64,000 nt of DNA from Nymphaea colorata (GCF_008831285.2 NC_045138.2:20212001-20276000), one strand, 5' to 3'. Positions 36,567 through 50,250 are shown, counted from the stretch's first letter. Numbers and translations: made by a program. Notes: generated by a model from the letters alone, not told the origin.

Positions 36567-38425
36567 ATGATGGCCAAGAGTGCTTCAGTTTCCAAAATTC
36601 TCAAGCTCAAGAATCCAAAACTGTCTTTGTTAGAGACGTGTTCCGGTCTCGAACAACTGAAGAAAATTCATGGCCATATGATCAGAATGGGTCTCGTAGA
36701 AGATGCGTTTTGTGTCAGCCGACTGCTAGTCTTCTGTGCAATCCATGAGAATGGCTGCTTAGTTTATGCCAATCGCGTTTTCAAACAGATCAAGAGCCCA
36801 AATGTGTTTGTGTATAATGCCATGATCAGAGGGCATGCTTGTGGAAAGAAACCAGAAGTCTCACTTGGGTTCTACCGGCAACTGCTGAAACAGGGCTTAC
36901 TACCAGACAATCTCACATTCCCCTTCTTGGTTAAGTCATGCACCCATCTTCAGTGTTTGGAGTTAGGGAGGGGGTTCATGGCCAAGTGATCAGACATGGT
37001 TTTGAGTTCGACGTCTACGTCCAAAATTCTCTGGTTCATATGTATGCTTCATGTGGTGATCTAGAGACAGCGCGGAAACTGTTTGAGAAAATTCGGCAAT
37101 TAGACGTAGTATCTTGGAGCTCTATGATTTCTGGTTACAACAGATTTGGAGACGTCACATCTGCGAGGGAGTTGTTCGATAAAATGCCTGACAGAAACGT
37201 GGTAACATGGAGCATAATGGTTGCGGGATATGCTCACAATGGCCGCTTTGACAAAGCATTAGAAATCTTTCAGCTACTTCAAGAAGAGAATGTGCAGGCT
37301 AATGAAGCGGTCATGGCCAGTGTCATTGCTTCCTGCGCCCATCTCGGGGCCCTGGATCAAGGTAAGAAGGCCCATGATTATGTTATCAGAAACAAGCTCT
37401 CTGTTACTTTAAATCTTGGGACTGCACTTGTTTACATGTACGCGAGATGTGGGAGCATTGACAGGGCACTGCAAGTGTTTCATGACATGCCTGATCAAGA
37501 TGTTCTCAGCTGGACGGCAATGTTAAGTGGCCTGGCTATGCATGGTCATGCAAGAAGGGCAATCGAGTACTTCTATGAGATGCTGAGAGCGGGGTTTAGA
37601 CCAAGGGATGTCACATTCACTGCAGTTTTATCGGCTTGCAGCCATGGAGGATTGGTCGAGAAAGGCTTCGAACTTTTTGAAAACATGAAAAAGGAATACA
37701 GTATTGAGCCAAGGATGGAGCACTATGGATGCATGGTGGATCTGCTTGGACGTGCAGGAAAGCTAGATGAAGCTGAAGGTTTTATACATGGAATGCCATT
37801 GGAGCCGAGTGCGCCCATTTGGGGTGCCCTGCTTGGTGCTTGTCGAATTCACAGGAATGCAGAAATGGGAGAGAGAGTGGGTAAAAAACTATTGGAGTTG
37901 ATGCCAAACCACAGTGGGTACTATGTGCTATTATCAAACATATGTGCTCGTGCCAACCACTGGGATAATGTGATCAAGTTGAGGGCAAAAATGAAGGAAA
38001 TTGGGGTGAAGAAATCACCAGGCTTTAGCCTGATAGAGCTGAATGGAGTGGTGCATCGATTTACAATTGGAGATGTCTCTCATCCTGAAATTGCCAAGAT
38101 TAAGGCAATGTGGGAAGAAATAGTCCGCCAGATACGTGCAGCCGGATATGTAGAAGATACATCAAATGTTCTGTTCGATGTAGATGATGAGGAAAGAGAG
38201 AGCTCACTTGCTAGGCACAGTGAGAAGCTTGCAATTGCATTTGGTTTGATGAGGTCAGGCAAGGGGACCACCATCCTGATTGTAAAGAACCTCAGGGTGT
38301 GTGAAGACTGCCACACAGCATCCAAGTTTGTGTCAAAGGTCTTTGAAAGGGAGTTGATTGTGAGAGACAGGAATAGGTTTCACCATTTCAAGGATGGTGC
38401 CTGCTCCTGTATGGATTACTGGTGA
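36567..38425 (+). CDS. PLS-class PPR protein with E and DYW deaminase domains (At5g06540-like organellar RNA-editing factor); frameshifted at ~36970 in this sequence
   Basis: ORF 36567-36989 (LKLKNPKLSLLETC...KKIHGHMIR...PNVFVYNAMIRG...PDNLTFPFLVKSC) continues into ORF 36938-38425 (VHGQVIRHG...DVVSWSSMI...EHYGCMVDLLGRAG...KKSPGFS...HSEKLA...CEDCH...CSCMDYW). Adding one G to the G5 run at 36970-36974 restores LGRGVHGQ. Confidence 0.9.
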
Positions 38426-41101
38426 CCCAGTGGGTTAGAGTGTTTTCCTTTTCCCTGCTGTTGATGAACCTGAGCTTGGACAGATCCTTACCATATGATG
38501 CATGCCAATATTGAACTTCAAACTCTTAACTAGGATCATGCAGAGTATAGCTTCATGGATCTGTTTCTAAGTTTTTTTCATCAATTCTTGTGAGATAATG
38601 CTTGTCATACATATTCTATTTATTGTGTTCAATTCTTGAGGGTTCAATATCTGACATCCTCTTTTATTGCATTATGAACGAACCATTATTTAGCTTTTCC
38701 CAATTATTTGAATTTTTTAAATATTGTCAAGAAATCTCTCCTGAACAACATATCAACTTTAGCACATACAACGATTGAATCAGGGCCTACTTGATATGAA
38801 TTAAGATATGTAGCTTACAACATTTTCCTTAACTGTTCTCTGTATAGGTATCTCAAGTCTCAAACCATTACTTTTAGAATTCAATTCTCGCATCCAAATA
38901 TCACAGTCTCGATGAATTTCTTCCATGTCTAGATGTACTGTACTTTTAATCAGCGTCCAAATTGAATCAGGTGATGTTGCTCATTCCTTATTTATCAATA
39001 AAAAGATGTGTATATTGAATTTATGTTCTTTGTTTATCATATAGTCATTTGGATAACCATGTAACTTGTGACTGACACGCAGACCTTGGCACTTGTGAAT
39101 TCTTTAGAAAGAGCTGATCAGAGATTAAATAAAGTGAGCACTTGTTGAGCTACCTGTCATGCTGATTTCACAAAACAAGAGCATCACTGTACCTTTCCAA
39201 ACTAGCGGTAATTCACACTTAGTTTGATGATGTGATCTGGATTTGTGCCAAACTCAACCAGAACCATTTCTTGCAATTGGAAGCCCCCACTGCAAGGCCA
39301 CCAGTCATCATGCTGCTCACAGTGACATGGGAAGTGCGTGTCAAACCATGCTAATCGCAGTTCCATCATATTTTGAGATTAAAGGAATCATAATCAAAGT
39401 ATTGCCAAATTGAAGACACAACTAATGACAAGCTCCCTGCTTTAATTCTAAAGTACTGAACAAGGTAAAATGCATTGGATGATCTTTCATTTCATGTCTC
39501 CATTCAAACCTGGACAGAAAAAAAAAAATCCAATGATATCAAGTATTGAACAAGGTAAAATGCATTGGTCGCTGTGCAAATATCATCAGCTTTATAGAAA
39601 AAAATTATTTATCGTGAATTCTGTCATCTACCAAACTTGGTAGGAATCATCTGTCGTTCAAATCTCAAGGAAATCAGATGATAGAGACTGCAGTCGCGAG
39701 ATCCTATCTCCCTCTATTGATGGTAGCGGTGGAGGCAGTTACGGCAGGTTAAGCTGTCGTGTTACGACAGGTTAAGTTGCCGTAAAAGAAAAATCATCAC
39801 GACGGCTTTCCTGTTGTCGAATGCGAGTGGCTCCTCCGCTCTAAAATACCAGGTTGTCGCGACGACCAGTTTATCTTTTTTTATGGTAATTCTTTCATGC
39901 TATAAAATTATGGTAAAAGCTGTCGAAAGCCGTCGATCTACTGAACTGTCACTCACCCTTCAGTTCATACTTACATATTCCATCGCAATTCAAGCAAAAT
40001 CGAAGGGTATCTCATTATGAAACTTCTCATTGAGTTTTCATGCATCTGCTAATAGTGATTTACAAATGAAGGCATACTATGATCATTCAGATTCAGCAAG
40101 TTCACTCATCTCACGAAAATCTGTCATGCGATATCTCATATCTTTGGATAATAGTCGTCTTCCATGGAAGACAAGTAAACATAGTAGCGTCTCTCGTGTC
40201 CCATTACGCAGAATTCAGAAAGCTACCCATCACAGAATGTTTGATCTCCTATCAGTCTATTTTTCAATTACTCGAAATATATAAATTTCGTAATGATCAA
40301 GCCGAGCTACTTCATTTCGTAATGTGCAGAAAGCTCCGTTTGCCTTCGTTAGATTCGTATTCCTGCCTCGCGAAAGTGAAAGAAAATACATGGCCATGTG
40401 ATCAATGGCTCTTTATAATGTGCACAAATGGAGATCAGGTTACTTTAATAATGTGAGCCACAGCTAGAGTTCGATGCTAGAGTTCGAGGTAAGCGGGAGA
40501 CTCACCACCCAGCAGACAGTGGGAGTTCCCATCTACCCTTTGGTCTCCACAAGGTGTAGGTCTGCTGTTTATATTTTGGGTTACAATTTCCGTAACACTT
40601 TCAACTTGCATTAGCTTCCTTTTTTTTTATGATATTCGTTGGTCAGTAGCTTTCTTTTTATGATACTCGTATGTCAGTAGCTTCCTTTCTATGATACACA
40701 TTCGAAATAAATACTAGTTGTCTACTAATCCTCACCCTGTCCATTGCACCAACCCCTTCCGAACCACTACTATACACTGACATTGAAATAAATGAATCTG
40801 TTGTGACTGTGTAAAATGGGCCACAACTTGATCCTCTCTCTCTCCAATTAAGGTGTACCGACACTGAACTCGTCGGGTTTGAAGGTTGGAAGTCCAATGC
40901 TACTAGCCCTACCACTGGAACTCTTGTTGGTGCTAAAATGAGATTCGATTTTTTAGAACAAGACAACCCATTTTAGTGACTCTTTAAACAGTCAATGCCA
41001 TTTGAGCTTTGCTATGTGCTAGTTCACAACCCAACTACTATTAACTAAATTAGCATCTTATAAGTTTCAGAATATTTGGAAGTGACTGATACCAAAATGA
41101 G

Positions 41102-41289
41102 CCCCAAGGGGTGTAGCGTGTTTGCTCGGCTTGAGTGGCACTGGTGATGCATTAGTGACACTCGAGTTGAATGGTGTACCATAAAACCACCCAATTTCTA
41201 ACACAACTCGAGATCCTGGATGCAGAGAGAAGGAAGGAGCATTTTGGTCTCTCACTCAAGTGGTGGGATGTACTCTTATCACCGGAATA
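41102..41289 (+). mobile_element. SINE-like retroposon (second copy ~44296-44473 via the duplication)
   Basis: Flanked by near-identical direct repeats ATACCAAAATGAG (41089-41101) and ATACCAGAAATGAG (41290-41303). The 5' end GGGGTGTAGC..(CCCGG) is A-box-like. GC-richer than its flanks. Confidence 0.55.
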
Positions 41290-41701
41290 ATACCAGAAAT
41301 GAGTCTTGTCCAAATTCATTTTTGGCAAAACCTGTTTCTTTAAGTTATATTCACAAAAACCAAAATGTTTGAACCTACTACCCAAACATAAAATCTATTT
41401 TTTTTCAAAAACTGATTAAAAAAATAGTTTTTTATAAAACTAGTTTTTTCACAAAACCTTTTCTTTTTTAACATTTCTCACATCACTAAATATCATATTC
41501 TTCTTAAGTAGCTAACATTATAAATTATAAAGGTATTTGATAAAAAAACATTTGGGATAGATGTTCTTTGAATACATGATCTAAAAACCCTTTATGTTTT
41601 GTTGCAAGAAAAACGGTATAATTACAGATATTGTTTCTAAATCTAACAATCAAATGCTGGACATGACCACACCATGTTCCTCGAAACAAATATGGCACTT
41701 T

Positions 41702-41815
41702 CAGGGGGTTTAATTTAATATGTATAAAAAATTTAAAAATTTCTATTTCAGTTCTTGTTAAAATTTTGAAACCATAGTTTAGCTCCTGGGACAAAAATTC
41801 TTGGCTCTGCCCCTG
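41702..41815. mobile_element. Internally deleted CAGGGGC-family hAT MITE
   Basis: Termini CAGGGGG / CTCTGCCCCTG; TSD GGCACTTT / GACACTTT. Absent from the duplicate copy at ~44861 (empty site). Confidence 0.8.
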
Positions 41816-44800
41816 GACACTTTTGCCTTATCTACAAGTTAAAAGTTAGAGTAGATGATCGTCCTTGAAAGCAACGTTCTTTGTATCTCTACACCATCCC
41901 ACAAATTATTATCACGAGGTTGACCATCCCACAAATTATTATCACGAGGTTGATCATCAGATACAACAGCCAAAGCACCAAACCATGATAATTAAGTCCA
42001 CTCTCACATATATCGCAATATTTTTGAAAATATCGTGATATTAACATCAAAAATAAGAAGAAGGAAAAAAATTGTGATATTTAGAAAAAAAGGGAAAAAT
42101 AATTTTTTGCATTATTATACATTTTTTCCCAATTTTTTTTCATTTTTTATTTTTTAGCATGATATTATCATGGATTTAAATATAAACTTATTTTTGTCAT
42201 TTTTATTATCATTAAAACATTCCTTTTATCACTTTGATATAGTTTCATTTGTTTTCCTATTAGTTTCTCACATTTATACACAACTTTTTTATTTTTTAAA
42301 GTTTTCCCAAAATTTTCTTAAAAAAACAACTTTGCCATTAAAAACCCGAAAACAATATTTGTGATAATCTCAACCTTCAAAAAGCAGGAGAGTAGATGGG
42401 CTCAATGTGAACGGTTTGAAATATTGCAATCAGAAGAAGCCAGTCTTAAGATCAGCATCTTAAAAGATTTACCTTTCATGAATACTTTCTTCTTAGATTT
42501 TCGTGGATTGGTTGCTTGGGTTGTTCATCTAGGAAGCATGTTGTTCCCTAGAAACGGTTGTGATGTCATTTTCCGGGGAAGTTACTTGGTAATTTCGTCC
42601 ATATCGGCTGCTAAGTTTACTAATCAATTTTCTCATTTGCTTCGAGAAGGGGAGGAAGTTGATTATTCTCGGCTGGTAGATCAGCTGGCCTTTTGGCAGC
42701 TTCAAGAACCATGCTGACGTTAAAGGGAAACCTGGATATTTTTTCAAAATACGGTTTTCGTGGGCACTACTCTTCTTGACTCTAAACCATATTCACAAAA
42801 AATGCATTTAAAAAAAAAGGTATAAAACCTGATAATAAGTTTGCCCTTGAAAATTTAAGCAAAATGCCTTTTTTAAAATGCCAAAACAAAGGAAAAAAAA
42901 AACTATGAGAAGTTCATCCCTACTGCCCGAAGCGAAGCTCAGAGAGGTCCTGAGCTATGTCGGCATCAGCGGTGCACCCTTCAACTTAAATGTTGTGTCC
43001 TACCACTTTAAGATGTAGGAGCATAGCGCCACAGAAATCGAACAATTACACTTGTGAAAACCTTGTCATTTAAAATACGAAATTTTTTTTTGCAGCTGCG
43101 TTGCAAACGGTAGTCGGTAATACGCGAGTTGAAATGAGTAACTTTAAATTCACCCAAAACCTCATGCAGCCTTAAACACTAGAAGCAGGAAGAAAAAGGA
43201 AAAGACCTCAGTTGCTTCCAAACAAGGGTGACTTTCTTAAACTCTACTTTATAAGACACTTCTTTAATTGCAAAATTGAATATAGAAATATAAGATATCT
43301 CCATCTCTCGATATCATTTTCCGTGGATCGAGTCCCTCATCACAGGATGATCACCTGCAAAAGCAATCACACAAGTGTCAAGTTTGTATTTCTATTGATG
43401 TAATTGAATATCAAAATCTTGGCCTAGTCCAGAATTATAAATCTTAAACCAAGCTCAGTTGAGCATTTAAAATTTGTGAATCGTGATCTAAGTTTGCTTT
43501 AGTTTTGAAGTTTAACAAGCATAGACCTTAAGGGTGAGGTTACTAATCACGGCGTTTTATGAGATGAAGAAGGTGATTAAATCTCACGTCGAAAAGGTGG
43601 TTTTCTGACACTAATGTGACAATGAGAAAAACAAAGGTGAGTCTCAAGTCAATGAGAGTGCATGATGCATTTATGTGAGCGGACATAATTGTCAAGGAAT
43701 GAACATTGCAAATTGCCGGTGCGTAGCTTCCAACTACGAACTAGCTCTCATGTACGCACCAAAGGTTGGAAGTCTAGCTCTACTAGTGGAACCCTTGTTA
43801 GTGCTAAAACGAGATTTGATTTTTTATATGGTCACAAAAAGCATGTATGGGTACTATAGGGCAAACAATTTCTCGAGTATAATACGGCAAAGTTGTATAT
43901 CTTAAGAAAATCTCAGCAAATTTTTTTAAAAATTGAAACATTTAATAAAATTTGAAAATTATAAAAAATAAAAATCACAAAAAATATAAAAAAACGCAAA
44001 AAATGCTTATAATATGCATTTTTTTACGTTTTTTTTTTAATTTTTTGGCATTTAAAACAAACATGTTTTTTCACGTTTTATATGGTTGACTATTTTTTGG
44101 CATATTATACGTGTTTTTTTTCAAATAAAACTCATTTTTTAATTTTTTAAAACAAGACAACCCATTTTAGTAACTCTTTAAATAGTCAATGCAATTTGAG
44201 CTTTTCTATGTGCTATTTCACAATCCAGCTACTATTAACTAAATTAGCATCTTATAAGTTTCGGAATGTTTGGAAGTGAATGATACCAAAAGTAAGCCTC
44301 GAGGGGTGTAGCATGCCCGGTCGGCTTGAGTGGCACTAGCGATGCGTTCATGACACTTGAGTTGAAGGGCATACTATAAGATCACCCAAGTCCTAACGCA
44401 ACTCCAGAGATCCTGGTGGAGGTGGGAAGGAGGGGGCATTTGGGTCTCTCACTCGAGTCTTGGGATTTCTTTTAATACAAAAAATGAGTTTTGTCCAAAT
44501 TCATTTTTGGCAAAACCTGTTTTTTAAAGTGATATTCACAAAAGCAAAAATGTTTGGTCCTACTACCCAAACACAAAATCTAGTTTTTCAAAACTGATTA
44601 AAAAATTAATTTTTTATAAAACTAGTATTTCACAATTTTTTTTTTACATTTCTCACATCAATAAATATCAGATTCTTTGTAGGTAGCTAACGTTATATAT
44701 TATAAAAGTATTTGATAAAAAAACATTTGGGACGGATGTTCTTTGAATATATGATCTAAAAAACCTGTATGTTTTGTAGCAAGAAAAACGGTATAATTAT

Positions 44801-46363
44801 AGATATTGTTTCTAAATCTAACAATCAAACGCTGAACACCATGTTCCTCGAAACAAATATGGCACTTTTGTCTTCTCTACAACTTAGAAAGCTAGAGTAG
44901 ATGATCGTCCTTGGAAGCAACCTTCTTTGTATCTCTACACCATCCCACAAATTATTATCACCTGGTTGATCATCATATGTAATTGCCAAGCAGCCAAACC
45001 ACCGAACCATGATAATTAACCAGTGTCACATATATCACAATATTTTTGAAAATATCGTGATGTTGACGTCAAAAATAATAAAAAGGAAAAAAATTGTGAT
45101 ATTTAAAAAAAAAAGAAAAATATTTATCGCACTATTATCACATTTTTTTCCAATTTTTTCATTTTTTAGCATGATATTATCATGGAATTAAATACAAACT
45201 TATTTTTGTCATTTTTATTATCATTAAAACATTCCTATTGTCACTTTGATATAGTTTTATTTATGTTTTCTTATTATTTTCTCACATTTATACTTAACTT
45301 TTGTATTTTTCAAAATTTTTTGAGTTTTTCCCAAAATTTTCTCAAAAAAAAAAAAACAATTTTGCTATTAAAACCCCGAAAACAATATTGGTGACAATGT
45401 CAACCTTCAAAAAGCAGGAGAGTAGATGGGCTCAATGTGAACGGTTTGAAATATTGCAATCAGATTGCAGGGGAGAAGCCAGCATTAAGATCAGCATCTT
45501 AAAAGATTTGCCTTTCATGAATAGTTTCTTCTTAGATTTTCATGGATTGGTTGCTTGGGTTGTTCATCTAGGAAGCATAGAAACGGTTGTGGTGTCGTTT
45601 TCTAGGGAGATCACTTTGTAACTTCGTCCATATCGGCTGCTAAGTTTACGAATCAATTTTCTCATTTGCTTGGAGAAGGAGAGGAAGTTGATCATCCTCT
45701 CCTGGTAGATCCGCTGGCCTTTTGGCAGCTTCAAGAATCAGGCTGACGTGGGTATTTTCTAAAAATACGGTTCTCGTGGGCAGTACTGATCTTGACTGCA
45801 AACCATAGTCACAAAAAACACATTTAAAAAAAATACGTATAAAACTCAATAATAAGTTTGCCATTGAAGACTTCAACAAAATGCCTTTTCCAAAATGCCA
45901 AAAAAATAAAAAAAGCAAAGAAAGGTTCATCCCTACTGCCCCCACCCCCAATTCTTTATATCTCTGGGGTCCTAAGCTGCATCAACATTAGTGATAGCAG
46001 TGGTGCATCCTTTAACTTAAATGTCACATCCTACCACTTTAAAATATAGAAGCATAGTGTCACGGAAATCAAACTATTATACTTGTGAAAAACCTTGTCA
46101 TTTAAAATGTGAAAACAATTTTTGTAACTATACTGCAAACCGTGGTCAGTACTACGCTAGAGTTAAAAGGAGTAACCATAAGTTCATCTAAGGCCTGATG
46201 CAGCCTTAAACACTAGAAGCATGAAGAAAAAGAGAAGGTCACTTTCTCAAAACTCTGTTGATCAATTCTCTAGCATCGCACTGTAGAAAATATCATATTA
46301 TATCAGTCTACATCAGTAACGAAAAAGCTCCCAAAATTAGAGCAGAGCCCAAGACTGTACATC

Positions 46364-46553
46364 CAGGGTAGAGCCAAGGTAGGGCCCGCATGGACCCTGG
46401 CCTCACCTAAAAAAAAATTTAAAATAATACATATAAATTTTAAAAATTTCACTTGTTTTACATAAAAAGTTTGAAAAATGATATTTCGGCTTTAGTCAAA
46501 ATTTAAAAACTTTAATTCGGCCCGTTTCATGAAAAATTTATGGCTCTACCTTG
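46364..46553. mobile_element. CAGGG-family hAT MITE
   Basis: TIRs CAGGGTAGAGCCA / TGGCTCTACCTTG; TSD TGTACATC (46356-46363) / TGAACATC (46554-46561). Confidence 0.85.
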
Positions 46554-46903
46554 TGAACATCACTCTTTTTGAATCCTAACTTTAAGTTAATATAATATTA
46601 GTCGTCAATTTGTTTTTCCTTTTGGCAACAACCACGAATCACAGGGTGACGTCAATGAAAGATTTCCAAGAAAGAAAGCAAACCATGTACAATTTGCTCT
46701 TGAAGTTCAATTACCAGAAAACCTGCAATTCTCTTTTTAAAAATTTATGATCTCTCATTTTTATGTGGTTTGGAAACCAAAGTTCTCTTAAGTCCGCCTC
46801 TGCATAGAGTACACGAGATGACCATCCCCTCTTAAGCATGGAGATTAGTGCAACACCGTCAAATGATACAATAATACCCTTTTTAAAATTTCACCTATTG
46901 GGG

Positions 46904-47400
46904 AACTACGCAAGTAGAAACCGAACTCCACATGCAACAAATGAGGGAAGGAAGGAAAAAAAAAAAGATTCATTGACGCAGGAGAAATGGATGTCGATGA
47001 AAGGTACACCCATAGGTACATGTCGGTGAAGATTGTTTTTTACCGACATCCAAATAAAACGTCGATGAAAAGTAGCGTTCATTGAAGTGTGCCGGTATGA
47101 TGTCATTGAAGTTGGACTTTTACTGACGTCCAGTTTGCAAACGTCTTTAAACAAACAATTTTTACTGACATCCAGCAGTAAACGTCAGTACAAGACGTCG
47201 ATTTTATAAACGCTAGTAAAAAGAAGTTAGTTTTATCAACAGGCGGTTAAGCTCGCGTCGATAAAATTGTTTTTTGGCAAATAATTACCGATGTTTGTTA
47301 CGTTTGTCAAGTATAACTCTATCTTTATGGACGTGTTTTTTACTTAAGTCGCTAATGCCACTTCCACGACATGCATGGAACGTCGTTAAAAGTGAGAAGT
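46904..47400. mobile_element. CACTA (En/Spm) terminal relic
   Basis: AACTACG (a degenerate CACTACG) followed by many direct and inverted TTTTACCGAC / GTCGATGAAA / GTCGGTGAA subterminal repeats, typical of CACTA ends. Confidence 0.55.
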
Positions 47401-48797
47401 GAGGAAGCGTCTCATGAAATCGTCTCTTGCTTTATCTATTCTATACACTTCTTTAATTGCAAATTGAATATAGAAATATAAGTTATCTCCATCTCTGGAG
47501 GTCATTTCCGGTCCATCGAGTCCCTCATCACACGATGATCACCTGCAAAAACATGATACAAGTGTCAAGTATGTAGATGTACTTATCAAAATCTTACAAC
47601 ATACCATGGTGGCAACGCGGCCTAGACCAGAATTATTCATCTTAAACCAAGCTCACTTGAGCATTTAAAATTTGTGAATCGTGATCTAAGTTTGCTTTGG
47701 TTTTGAAGTTTAACAAGCATAGACCTTAAGGGTGAGGTTACTAATCACGGCTTTTTATGAGATGAAGGTGATTAAATCTCACGTCGAAAAGGTGGTTTTC
47801 TGACACTGTGACAGTGAGAAAAACAAAGGTGAGTCTCAATTCAATGAGAGCACATGATGCATTTATGACACGGACATGATTGTCAAGGAATGAACATTGC
47901 ATATTGTCGGTGCGTAGCTTCCAACCACGAACTAGCTCTCATGTATGCACCAAATGTGTATTTAAATATAAGGAACTCTAGTCTTGAACGGGTTGGTACA
48001 ATAAATAGGTGGAAGCTAGTAGGGAGTTAGTATTCATTTGGAATCTTTGAAGGGGCAACCTTCTTTATTATGAAAAGGGATCACAAACCTGCAAATTGAA
48101 GTATGGAGGGCGCGGGGCCGAAACACCGAAAAGCAAAACTTGCATCCCATGTGAACAAGGGGTAGTGTGGGAGTTTCGTCTCTCTTTTGGACAGTATGAT
48201 GAAATACTCATCTTGCTCATACGAAACATAAGGACGTAGGATAAAATGCTCATTCTATTCATTCAAAATACATAGATTCTAAAGTAATAGAATGAAATAC
48301 TCATCCTGCTCATCCAGAACACAAGGAACCCTTGACCCATATAGCAAGATTTAAGAAACAACCAAACTAGGGTTTTACAAATCAACTCCTATAAGATTTC
48401 CAAAATTATAAATTCCCAGTTAACTTGAAAGGACAGGTGGAGTAAAAAACAAACACAAAGTGATGGGATGCAATAGGATAGTGACCATATTAAATGAAGA
48501 GGCTAGCCTAACTCAGTCAACTCAATAGACAGGGAAAAGAATACGGCACATAGGTTTGACCCAGGTCAGGCAAAGGAGACTTGCTAATGGTGGACTTTCT
48601 AAGGACCAAGTTAGATTCAGTAGCCCTCATATTTTATAAGATTCAAATTTCGCACCCACCATTTGTGGTAACAAAGAAATGGCATTTCGCATCAACCACA
48701 TTGCTTTCGCCATAAACACATTCACAATAATAAAGAAAAAAAATGATTGCAAGTTCACAAACTTTCTCTCTATCTTCTCTCTCTCTCAACCAAGTAA

Positions 48798-48955
48798 TGT
48801 GTAGCGCAACCGGTTGAGTTGGGTGGCATGTTGTGGTTACGTCCTCAATTTGAATCTTAAAAGGTATTATTTTCGTGACGGTATTGATATGTGTTGTTCT
48901 TGGAATTAGAGATGTCATTATGTAGGTTAAGTGGACTGGTTCTTGCCTTTAGAAC
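48798..48955 (+). mobile_element. tRNA-derived SINE copy (same family as 50085-50250 and 58855-59010)
   Basis: A box TAGCGCAACCGG (48802-48813), degenerate B box ATTTGAATCT, and the shared body ...gatgtcattatgtaggttaagtggac. Confidence 0.6.
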
Positions 48956-49366
48956 TAGCAATTGGCTGTGCATGTGCCAACTGACTGGCTCAATTAGGTG
49001 CATTTATTTCATTCAAAGAACGTACAGTGCTTTATAAATATAATAATAATAAAGTATATAATTATATATAAATCAATAAAATAATATAAAAAATAAGTTA
49101 TTAGATTGAGTTGCACTGACTCAAGTTGGCCCAGCCCGACAACTTATCCGGCCCACCCGGTTTCAAGCCTGGGCCTGGCCCGAGTTGGGCAGGGTACCAG
49201 GCAAGTAACCAACCTGATGTCCAGCCTTATACATGGTCAATATATTTGTTATTCTATTATATATACATATTGGTTTTGAATATTATAAAACCGTGTAAAC
49301 GCCAATATACCTTTTATTCTATTATATAAACATATTGGTTTTAGATAATCTGGTCCATCGCCTTAG

Positions 49367-49576
49367 AGATATAAATCACGGCATATAATCTCAGTCTGAG
49401 ATTTACGAATATTGATACATTAGTTGACAAGAAATTGCAAATGTCTATCATGCTTCCGTCATTCTATCATTAGATATAAATCACGGCATATAATCTCAGT
49501 ATGAGATTTACGAATATTGATACATTAGTTGACAAGAAATTGCAAATGTCTATCATGCTTCCGTCATTCTATCATT
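49367..49576. repeat. Near-perfect 105-bp tandem duplication
   Basis: gatataaatcacggcatataatctcagt...attctatcatt occurs at 49368 and 49473, with one visible mismatch. Confidence 0.9.
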
Positions 49577-50084
49577 TTCAAAGCCAAAAATTGATAGTCT
49601 TTCCCTTGTTTTTAGTATATTTACTTTTGAGCTTGAGCCTCTTCGAGATGTCCCAAAAAAATATATATTAATCCGGCATAGCATCCTGAAAATTATTTTG
49701 ATTTATTTTCTAAAATTGCACTGTGGAAAATATCATATTGTCAGTATGTATCAATCGGCAGCGCCTCTCTCTCTTTCTTTTTGAATCCTGTCACTTTAAG
49801 TCAATATAATATTAGTCGTGAACTTGTTTTTTCTTTTGGTTTCATGGAAGGAAAAGGCATGCATCATAGATCATCTGGGCTTTTGGCAGCGACCAGGGTG
49901 ACATCAATGGAAATTGTAAGCTTTTCCAAGAAAGCAAGCGAGGCATGTATGATTTGCTCTTGAAGTCGAATTACCAGGAAACCTCCAATTCTCTTTCTAA
50001 AAATTCATAATCTTCTCGGCCTGTTTGCTGTCGAGTCATTTTCTACTTAGCAATAGTGAATCCAGTCGCTTCACTTTGCACTCT

Positions 50085-50250
50085 ATGAATAGCACAACCG
50101 ATCAGGTCGGGTGGCGTCTTGTAGCCACGTCCACCGTTCGAATCCTGAAGGGTGCTATCCTAATGATATTAAGGATTGTTGATCTTGAGATTAGAAGTGT
50201 CATTATAAGGCTAAGTGGACCTGCTCTAGTCCCCCCACCTTCTCCCTTCT
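50085..50250 (+). mobile_element. tRNA-derived SINE with recognisable Pol III A and B boxes
   Basis: A box TAGCACAACCGA at 50090-50101 and a perfect B box GTTCGAATCC at 50136-50145, 34 nt apart. There is no cloverleaf, and a non-tRNA body follows. Paralogue at ~58855-59010. Confidence 0.65.

Larger units (their letters stand above)
40883..46240 (+). repeat. Diverged ~2.3-kb direct duplication (40883-43205 vs ~43762-46240), non-coding
   Basis: Collinear shared blocks: acaagacaacccattttag (40958/44152), caaccttcaaaaagcaggagagtagatggg (42370/45401) and gcagccttaaacactagaagc (43165/46200). Confidence 0.9.

Noticed and set aside
42361..42717. Similar ORFs at 42361 and 45301 (STFKKQESRWAQCERFEILQS) suggesting a small gene family
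   Set aside because: Similarity comes from the DNA duplication; the starts lie in MITE sequence, the frames diverge between copies, and no domain is recognisable.
48190..48330. ATGATGA as a C/D snoRNA box C
   Set aside because: No properly placed CTGA box D or terminal stem. It is one of three ~45-bp degenerate tandem repeats, and the paralogous modules lack the motif.
50085..50165. tRNA gene
   Set aside because: A and B boxes are present but I could not form acceptor or anticodon stems; treated as a SINE head.
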